DNA from: a virus
IMG/VR virus record: IMGVR_UViG_3300045836_000083
Location: 62-64,061 of that record
Direction: 5' to 3' (one strand)
DNA length: 64,000 nt
Shown here: piece after piece, positions 55,001-60,923 of the stretch
How positions within the stretch are numbered: the first letter of the stretch is position 1
How the letters are laid out: each line of letters opens with the position of its first letter
Translations under genes and position numbers: made by a program
Notes under the pieces: generated by a model
Database searches by the model: none
What the model was told of the DNA's origin: nothing
The model's input: the letters and a program-made list of their open reading frames with translations, nothing else

Positions 55001-56295
55001 TAGCATTTTATATTGGAGATAGTACACGATTTTTAAAAGGCGTATTGCAAAGAATGGATGGTACGGGTACATGGCAGTCAGTGGGAGGCGGTGGTGGTGG
55101 TATTACTTTGGCTCCTATAGGCTCTAGTCCAAACGCAAATGGGGCATCTTTTAGTTCGGGTACCCTAACATTACAGCCAGCTAATGCATCCTTTGGTGGC
55201 GTAGTCACAACTGCCTCTCAAACATTTGCTGGAACAAAAACCTTTAATAATGAAATAATTGTTAGTGGTAATACACCTAATAATCCTACAGGTCTATTCG
55301 GGAACATGAATATTCAGTCATTTCAAAATCTGAATGGATTTGTTGCCAATAATCTTTATTACAACAACGGAGGTAGCGGATATACGTACCTACAAAATGG
55401 GCAAGGCGCTCAGTTCCATTTTTCCTCAGGCGACATATTATTCGAAACAGCCGGCACAGGCACAGCAGGAGGCGCTGCATCGCCTTCTACTATTATGCAA
55501 GTTACTAATCCGGGAGAAGTTTGGACAAGCGGATCTATGTCAGTTGGATCATTGGCAAGCCCTGTTTGGAAGTTGGATGTGAATGGGCCTATACGCTCAA
55601 AAAGTGCAACTGCTGGATTAATATTAAACAATAGAGGCACTAATGTTGAATCAATAATGCTTTATAGCCCTAGCGGTGGAGAGCTAGATGTTTATGATTG
55701 GACAACTAGTGCTACGCGTTTTACTTTCCTAAGCACAGGGCAACTTCAACTCAATAACTATGGCAGTGGCGCATTCCCAGGCACTCCAACCCACACCTTA
55801 CAGTCTACATCGGATGGGCATATTATAGAAGGAGCCTTATTCGTTGATAGTGCTATCTGGAAAAATGATGGCACCATGACTGCCAATCATACGCTGAGTG
55901 GTAATAGTAAAATATTGAATATAGGGGCAAGTGGAAGTAAATTAACTAACCTCTATATGTATACAAGCTCGACCATTAATATGTTTGGTGGAGTGGTATA
56001 CGGCACTGACGCATCCAATACGGATGCAAATTATACAGTACCCAATAATGTAATTATTGCTGAACTTTCGCCATCATTATCTACAAACAGAACACTAACT
56101 CTGCCTACTGCTACATTAAACGGTACTATGGTAACATTGGTAATGAGATATTCAACAAGTACTAATGTTTACAACCTATCAGCAGCGGTAACCGATAATG
56201 CTACAGGTACAACATTTACTCAATTGGATTGGGGTCATACGTATGATTTTTATTATGATCAAGGTTTGAGTTGGAGATTAATAAGAAAATATTAA
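52066..56295 (+). CDS. Tail fibre/spike with a pectate-lyase-like beta-helix and an N-terminal signal peptide
   Basis: GGGGGSGTVTSV junction, YDPHWWGAKANGTYDDTWAVQQAIN (beta-helix cap), and GVVTTASQTFAGTKTF fibre repeat. The N-terminus is MKRLLTILFLIISIVCNA|Q. Confidence 0.8.
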   Translation: MKRLLTILFLIISIVCNAQLPFNPVVTQTSTGNFKWGWPRADSGFINAVRDTFNARYSGSQIIRIQNGDTSLWFGAGGHLWFKNLQGKDTNSLSTRINFKLNTIDTTNKWIGLGRRIQDTMYRINDSTIGYTINQVLHTIQILGRSQGGGGGSGTVTSVNMSVPAALTVSGGPITGAGTFNLSGAGNSGQYIKGNGTLGTTDTSMITNFYLKSRGLLSGNSPLSYNNITGIFSIQNANTTGQKGAATFVNASFSDNGSGLIDLADVVTGGVCSNCNVTFDSKGRATTFTDGTGASVNARRSVTKATLDSLQLVNDTTLNVATGRKYDYQLDTTGRRAYYEDKYVIGKNYGEIRGLRLPDTSYVFRANSSQIVGDYVYDPTDVTTTDDTVVTIVSGTYRYKRYIPDGVYDPHWWGAKANGTYDDTWAVQQAINAANKYTGNNGTVIRLTGNYKFDPSNFVYNTGRGMVFEITGNVQLLNTWRITRGVSIIGKGGATAEASFAWSNIASIQYTVVNTGAPKAAVELTYGGNTLRNLTIGSYGGIGVKLNGTFFIPAALALLDNVSASVGSYTGKQTGLLVSDWFWFKLDNCSFSVDGTSAAGSSSIKLEGKTYFPDINLCYLGEFNNCTAQGRPIRIQAGDTADASLNVGIVNITFRNLTIENIAPDTAAIMLNSTRIPIDNIVFERPVMVDTYNMGFFIYNYGNNTSGVKLHDGDLLSGQLKKIFGGAAIVNKYFTSTAKPINNFVFNPNSRQLYDDFGINGFTDNINMNRGWKPPLELQLYDGGQIARNAARLKDSVITSASVVTEPFTGYNGDTVAIKVTPDGTNSNPTIQIKQYEQVWHTGDQIYFGAWVKSDYMDSIFSTALKAQIDGGYLWQNTSSSTLVSDITYISQPNNGWRFLICSGLIDASASDHSSHKMYLYINSNDTNRTHPYYVSHAFAYKIDSATAINQNEFLSWVKMNAGGLYAVPSKSYGIRDDLAFYIGDSTRFLKGVLQRMDGTGTWQSVGGGGGGITLAPIGSSPNANGASFSSGTLTLQPANASFGGVVTTASQTFAGTKTFNNEIIVSGNTPNNPTGLFGNMNIQSFQNLNGFVANNLYYNNGGSGYTYLQNGQGAQFHFSSGDILFETAGTGTAGGAASPSTIMQVTNPGEVWTSGSMSVGSLASPVWKLDVNGPIRSKSATAGLILNNRGTNVESIMLYSPSGGELDVYDWTTSATRFTFLSTGQLQLNNYGSGAFPGTPTHTLQSTSDGHIIEGALFVDSAIWKNDGTMTANHTLSGNSKILNIGASGSKLTNLYMYTSSTINMFGGVVYGTDASNTDANYTVPNNVIIAELSPSLSTNRTLTLPTATLNGTMVTLVMRYSTSTNVYNLSAAVTDNATGTTFTQLDWGHTYDFYYDQGLSWRLIRKY

Positions 56296-56304
56296 ATATT
56301 ATAT

Positions 56305-56718
56305 ATGCTACACTATTTATATGACTATGGTTCTTTTCTATTAGGAGCAGCTTTATATATTTTAGCGAAAATGCAAAAGTATAAAGAAATGGCAGAAGCT
56401 AACCCTAATCCTAACGTGAAATCAAGTTGGAAAGCAATGTTTAACAAGGAAGTTATAAACTTTATAAGATTGCTTCTTGGTGGGGTAGCACTAGTAATAT
56501 TTCTACCTATGTTAATAGGGGGGGCTACTGTGGATTTTAAAAGTGTAGAAGGCCAAGTAATAACAACCCTTACTCTACAGTCATTATTAATTCCAATGTA
56601 TTTTTTTGTAGGTTATGCAGGTAATAGTGCATTATTCGCTTTTTTTGGGAAATATGAAAAAACATTACTTAATAGGGTTGGAGTAGATGACACTACGCCA
56701 ACCCAAAAAACTCCATAA
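56305..56718 (+). CDS. Multi-pass membrane protein (holin candidate)
   Basis: Three hydrophobic segments; start of the lysis region. Confidence 0.55.
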   Translation: MLHYLYDYGSFLLGAALYILAKMQKYKEMAEANPNPNVKSSWKAMFNKEVINFIRLLLGGVALVIFLPMLIGGATVDFKSVEGQVITTLTLQSLLIPMYFFVGYAGNSALFAFFGKYEKTLLNRVGVDDTTPTQKTP

Positions 56719-56913
56719 ATGAAGCAAAGATTATTGGACATTCTAAACGAATTACATCTTCATTGTGAAAAAAATGCACATGATGAAGAGCTTAAAGCGA
56801 TTAAAGATAAATTTCATACTGCAATTGCTGCGATGGATGAAACTAGTGAGCCGCCTACGAGTGGTGGCAATAATCCTCCGAGCCAGCCAGATGTGCCATC
56901 AGAAAGCGCCTGA
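56719..56913 (+). CDS. Small soluble protein
   Basis: Abuts the upstream stop; 64 aa. Confidence 0.55.
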   Translation: MKQRLLDILNELHLHCEKNAHDEELKAIKDKFHTAIAAMDETSEPPTSGGNNPPSQPDVPSESA

Positions 56914-57244
56914 GATTAGTATAATTTGGTATTTATCCGGCTTATTAATATTTCATACCTATGCTTTATTCGGGACTAAAGTTTGGGATGAAATTTATTA
57001 TTTGTGGGATAAATCCAAAGATGCACTTTTGATTTTATCATTATACCGCCTACTTCCTATTTACCGAATCAATATAGCACCTCTCCTAATCTATTCAATT
57101 ATACGGGTATGTTTTCAAATAATGAGTTTTTTCACAAAAATGGGAAGCAACAACAAGTATATAGTCAACATTCTATTTCTCCTATCATTGGGAGCAATAA
57201 TATTCATAACCCTACGCCAAGCAATAAACGAATGGAAAAACTAA
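56891..57244 (+). CDS. Multi-pass membrane protein (likely start ATG 56891 rather than 56765)
   Basis: About four hydrophobic helices after MCHQKAPE. Confidence 0.6.
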   Translation: MCHQKAPEISIIWYLSGLLIFHTYALFGTKVWDEIYYLWDKSKDALLILSLYRLLPIYRINIAPLLIYSIIRVCFQIMSFFTKMGSNNKYIVNILFLLSLGAIIFITLRQAINEWKN

Positions 57245-57450
57245 TATTACATGCTGTATTGACTACAGGATTTGGTGCGTATCTTTTTGCTATTTTTTTG
57301 AATATAGGAACTTGGAAAGCAGACCTTCTATTTTTCATGGGAGCAGCTTTTATAATACTGAAATTCATACGTTTAAGCATAAGAACATGGCAAGACTATA
57401 AACGAACAGAAATTGAAATTCGGATTAAAAGGAAAGAATCAGAAAAATAA
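57232..57450 (+). CDS. Two-TM small membrane protein (class II holin-like; likely start ATG 57232)
   Basis: MEKLILHAVLTTGFGAYLFAIFL...LLFFMGAAFIILKFIRL plus a charged C-tail. Confidence 0.6.
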   Translation: MEKLILHAVLTTGFGAYLFAIFLNIGTWKADLLFFMGAAFIILKFIRLSIRTWQDYKRTEIEIRIKRKESEK

Positions 57451-57452
57451 AA

Positions 57453-57553
57453 TATATTTGTAGGGCTTAACCAAAATTGGAAGATATGGCGCTCAAAGGT
57501 GCAAGACGGGAAAATCCTAGTTTTGGTTAAGCACACTTTTGAGCGCCATTCTT
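57453..57553 (+). ncRNA. Promoter plus candidate structured RNA with pseudoknot topology
   Basis: TATATTTG at 57453-60. 57465-76 pairs with 57521-32 and 57486-97 pairs with 57538-49, each 12 Watson-Crick bp, in A-B-A'-B' order. Confidence 0.65.
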
Positions 57554-57569
57554 ATTTAAAATTTGTAGC

Positions 57570-58337
57570 GTGAAATTACCTTACTGGTTAAAAATTCTAG
57601 CAATCATACTGATTATATTTCTAGTGTATGCATTAATACGCGGCTGTAAAAATGCAAAGCATAAGTATGATAATTATGATAACATTTCAGCCCAACTGAC
57701 AAAGGTATTGCAAGAAAAAGAGGATGATAGTTTAGCTGCTCTGATAAAGGAGCAATTGCAACGAGACACTATTGCATTCATAAATGGTCAGTTAGCCTTA
57801 TTTCAGAACAAAAACCTAGTAACTACTGATTCCTTAAGGGCAGCAAATAATCGTATAACAACCCTCCTACATAAACCCATTTCTATTCCTACCTTATCCG
57901 ACAGCGGAAGAACAACAGTTAATAATGAGTTTATTGCCGATTGCTCAGACTGCTTCAAAGAACTATCCAACGGGCAACAATTAGTCACACGCTATAAATC
58001 AGAAAAGGATAGCATTCAGTCATTATTGACTTATAAAATATCAATAATGGATGATGAAATAAACGACCTTAATAAAACAAATAATTTTCTCCATCAAAAG
58101 GTAAATGATGCAGTTAGCCTAGCACAACGCAGTCAAAAACAATCACAAATAAGAAGAACATTATATTTTAGTTTGGCAGCATTAAGTATCAAGGGCCCCC
58201 TTCCTAGTGGAGTGGGAGCCGGTTTTATTTATATGGATAAACATATGCGTTTATTTGGAGCTAACTACTTTATAAGTAATTATGGGGCCATTTATCAGGC
58301 TCAATTGTCTATGCCATTATCTTTAAAAGGGCGCTAA
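57570..58337 (+). CDS. Spanin-like protein (N-terminal TM, coiled-coil, C-terminal beta-strands)
   Basis: GTG start, TM ILAIILIIFLVYALI, long coiled-coil and amphipathic beta C-terminus; located before the endolysin. Confidence 0.6.
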   Translation: MKLPYWLKILAIILIIFLVYALIRGCKNAKHKYDNYDNISAQLTKVLQEKEDDSLAALIKEQLQRDTIAFINGQLALFQNKNLVTTDSLRAANNRITTLLHKPISIPTLSDSGRTTVNNEFIADCSDCFKELSNGQQLVTRYKSEKDSIQSLLTYKISIMDDEINDLNKTNNFLHQKVNDAVSLAQRSQKQSQIRRTLYFSLAALSIKGPLPSGVGAGFIYMDKHMRLFGANYFISNYGAIYQAQLSMPLSLKGR

Positions 58338-58496
58338 ATGATTTGGTTACATTTTATACCAATTACAGTTTTAACGATCTTTTATTTGTTATTGAAAAGA
58401 TTGCCAGAACGAATATCTAATGATCTGCAAGCAGATGCGAATGTAAATGAAGCCTATCGCATTATAAACAATAAAATTAAAATTAAGGATAGATGA
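58338..58496 (+). CDS. 52-aa single-TM peptide (not in the ORF track)
   Basis: Translated by hand: MIWLHFIPITVLTIFYLLLKRLPER...KDR; ATGA overlap with the endolysin. Confidence 0.65.
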   Translation: MIWLHFIPITVLTIFYLLLKRLPERISNDLQADANVNEAYRIINNKIKIKDR

Positions 58497-59038
58497 CAGA
58501 CTATCAACACTTATGGGATACAATGATAGTAGACCTTGATAAATTAGGCATTATAAGTGCTATTGTCAGCAAAATACAAACCCGAAAGAATTTATACGAT
58601 ACTGTTGAAGCTGCTATCCGCGTACCTTGGTATGTGACGGCTGTTATTCATTATAGAGAATCCGGGCTAAGTATTCTACGTCATCTGCATAATGGTGACC
58701 CATTAACAGGAAAGACTATCCACGTTCCAGCCGGCAGGCCAATACATGGAGAGCCACCGTTTTCTTGGCAGGCGAGTGCTATGGATGCATTACAGCTAAA
58801 AGGCTTTGATAAAGTAACAGATTGGTCTTTGCCTCATATGCTAGAATTGATAGAAGGATATAATGGCTTTGGCTATCAAAAGCGTGGTATCCCATCTCCA
58901 TATTTATGGTCATATTCCGATAATTACCACAGAGGTAAGTACGTGGCTGATGGTAAATTTGACCCGAACGCAATAGACCAACAATGTGGAGCTGCCGTAC
59001 TTCTCAAATCCTTAATATCGGATAGTATTCATAATTAA
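58493..59038 (+). CDS. Endolysin, lysozyme-like (COG5526 type)
   Basis: AVIHYRES, HLHNGDPL, EGYNGFGY, SPYLWS, GKYVADG and QCGAA. Confidence 0.88.
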   Translation: MTDYQHLWDTMIVDLDKLGIISAIVSKIQTRKNLYDTVEAAIRVPWYVTAVIHYRESGLSILRHLHNGDPLTGKTIHVPAGRPIHGEPPFSWQASAMDALQLKGFDKVTDWSLPHMLELIEGYNGFGYQKRGIPSPYLWSYSDNYHRGKYVADGKFDPNAIDQQCGAAVLLKSLISDSIHN

Positions 59039-59084
59039 TAATCAAAACCCCTCTAGGATTCGTGGGCTTTAAAAGAGTAAGTTT

Positions 59085-59110
59085 AACCGTGGCATTTGTC
59101 ACGGTTTTTT
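59085..59110 (+). terminator. Late-operon terminator
   Basis: AACCGTGGC-attt-GTCACGGTT followed by TTTT. Confidence 0.75.
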
Positions 59111-59115
59111 GCATT

Positions 59116-59143
59116 AAAAAAGCCCAGTTAAGACTAACCAGGC
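59116..59143 (-). terminator. Terminator for the leftward early operon
   Basis: Minus strand reads GCCTGGTTA-gtct-TAACTGGGC-TTTTTT (stem includes G-U pairs). Confidence 0.7.
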
Positions 59144-59301
59144 ATTGATTGATCGTACCCTTTAAAACAAATAGTTCTTAAAAAGTTTAAAAATTGGAAG
59201 CCCAACAACACTTTCTAAAACTTAAAAGCACATGAGAAAAACCCGGAAATGAACTCTAAGCATGTATAAATATACTTACCGCAGGGCTTCCAAAGGAGTT
59301 G

Positions 59302-59661
59302 CTATTGTAATGCTTTATCTTGTATGAATAGTTCCCAATGTTTAAGGTCTGCATCTGCATCTACATCCATTTCGTGACGAATTGCTATAGATAATGCATC
59401 CCACTGAGATAGGTTGTAATTCTTGACGAAATCAGCCAAACTATAAGTACATTCACCCTCAATTACAGAGTTAGTTGTAATATCCACATCATCAATGCTG
59501 CCTATCGAAGATAATAATTCTAAATAATCAACAGGTTTAAGTATAAGGTGAAAATTTTTTGACTGATTGTTATGGCTGCGGAAATAAGATATAGACATCA
59601 GTTCTTCCGTCATACTCCAATTAGTAACGGTAATCTGGTTTCTTAATTGTTGAGTGGTCAT
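59302..59661 (-). CDS. Hypothetical protein
   Basis: From the ORF track. Confidence 0.7.
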   Translation of the reverse strand: MTTQQLRNQITVTNWSMTEELMSISYFRSHNNQSKNFHLILKPVDYLELLSSIGSIDDVDITTNSVIEGECTYSLADFVKNYNLSQWDALSIAIRHEMDVDADADLKHWELFIQDKALQ

Positions 59662-59727
59662 TGGTTTAAGATTTAAAAGGTTTTAAAATAAGAAATCTCA
59701 TGTAATGTGTGCGGGTTAAAAACGGGC

Positions 59728-60603
59728 TTATTCATTAAATATGGAACGAATTATTTCACCTCCATAGGCATTTTGAGTTAATTTAACAAAGGTTTCTACC
59801 GTCATTGAACCATCAAGAGTAATACCATTTTCTTTTAACCAATGTTTTTTACCAGATTCACAAGAACCTGTGAGAATTGTATGCCATTTGTAAAAAAGAT
59901 CATTGGAATATTGATTTCCCGGTTTGAATTGGCTTTTAAATTCTAAAATGGCCTTCTCCTTATCAAGTGATGAGTAATACTTTATATCTACGGCTTCATT
60001 AGCTTCCTTAATAGTTTCACCATGCGCAAATAAATTGCCTTTTTTAACTACATACATCGCAGAGGTTGAAAAATCGGCCACATTAATAATTGAGACTAGT
60101 GCAACATTGCCTTTTATACTATCAAAAGTGCATGGTATTTTGTCGATATAGTAAACCTTTTTGACACCAATAGAAGAAAATATAATGCCGTAGCTGTCGC
60201 CGTCGCCGTAGCCATCGCCGTAGCCGTAGCTGTTGCCGTAGCCGTTGCCGTAGCCGTTGCCGTTGCCGTCGCCGTTGCCGTCGCCGTTGCCGTCGCTGTT
60301 GCCGTAGCCGTTGCCGTTGCCGTCGCCGTTGCCGTCGCCGTCGCCGTTGCCGTCGCCGTAGCCATCACCGTAGCCGTCGCCGTTGCCGTCGCCGTCGCCG
60401 TAGCCGTAGCCGTAGCCATCACCGTAGCCGTCGCCGTTGCCGTCGCCGTCGCCGTCGCCGTTGCCGTAGCTGTTGCCGTAGCCGTTGCCGTAGCCGTAGC
60501 CGTAGCCGTAGCCGTTGCCGTCGCCGTTGCCGTCGCCGTCGCCGTTGCCGTAGCCATCGCCGTAGCCGTCTATTTTCAAGAATTGTTTAATTATCTTTTC
60601 CAT
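59728..60603 (-). CDS. Gly-x repeat protein with a C-terminal globular domain
   Basis: About 130 residues of G-(D/N/Y) repeats; the C-domain contains FAHGETIKEA and WHTILTGSCESG. Confidence 0.85.
   Translation of the reverse strand: MEKIIKQFLKIDGYGDGYGNGDGDGNGDGNGYGYGYGYGNGYGNSYGNGDGDGDGNGDGYGDGYGYGYGDGDGNGDGYGDGYGDGNGDGDGNGDGNGNGYGNSDGNGDGNGDGNGNGYGNGYGNSYGYGDGYGDGDSYGIIFSSIGVKKVYYIDKIPCTFDSIKGNVALVSIINVADFSTSAMYVVKKGNLFAHGETIKEANEAVDIKYYSSLDKEKAILEFKSQFKPGNQYSNDLFYKWHTILTGSCESGKKHWLKENGITLDGSMTVETFVKLTQNAYGGEIIRSIFNE
60187..60570 (-). repeat. Hexamer tandem array GGC(G/A/T)AC, roughly 60 units
   Basis: The plus strand reads GCCGTN repeated throughout. Confidence 0.95.
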
Positions 60604-60893
60604 GCGCTTACTGAATTAATTGTTTTTAGGGCAGCTTCTGAAATTGGATGATATTCAATAACATTTAAGATAGTAGATTTATCGGCATCCCCTAATTGAG
60701 CCGAAAATTTACAGTTTGATGGCTTACTAACTCCATCAGTAGCGATTGTTACCACATCTAATGCCCCTGCCCAATAATATAAGCGCCTGGCATTAGTAAT
60801 TACAAGAGTTGAACCTTTTTCTTCAATGATTTTACCGATGAAAACGCCAGCACGATCTGCGCGGATAATAGAGAATCCTGTTGTTTGTTTCAT
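60591..60893 (-). CDS. Small Sm-like beta-barrel protein (DUF6948-like) coupled to the Gly-repeat gene
   Basis: IIRADRAGVFIG...NARRLYYWAGA...IATDG pattern. Confidence 0.65.
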   Translation of the reverse strand: MKQTTGFSIIRADRAGVFIGKIIEEKGSTLVITNARRLYYWAGALDVVTIATDGVSKPSNCKFSAQLGDADKSTILNVIEYHPISEAALKTINSVSAWKR

Positions 60894-60923
60894 GTTGATT
60901 TTATTTTTTGAGTTTTAGAATGT

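Noticed and set aside
26881-56295. TAG-to-Gln recoding as in some crAss-like phages
   Set aside because: Large genes are intact in code 11, TAG ends several genes, and no suppressor tRNA was seen.
60114-60557. 147-aa poly-(Ala-Thr) ORF
   Set aside because: It is an alternative frame of the GGCNAC hexamer array, which has no stops. The Gly-repeat frame has proper flanking domains.
60187-60570. DGR-like variation (AAC/GAC/TAC codons)
   Set aside because: No reverse transcriptase and no template/variable repeat pair in the window; the pattern fits a tandem microsatellite.
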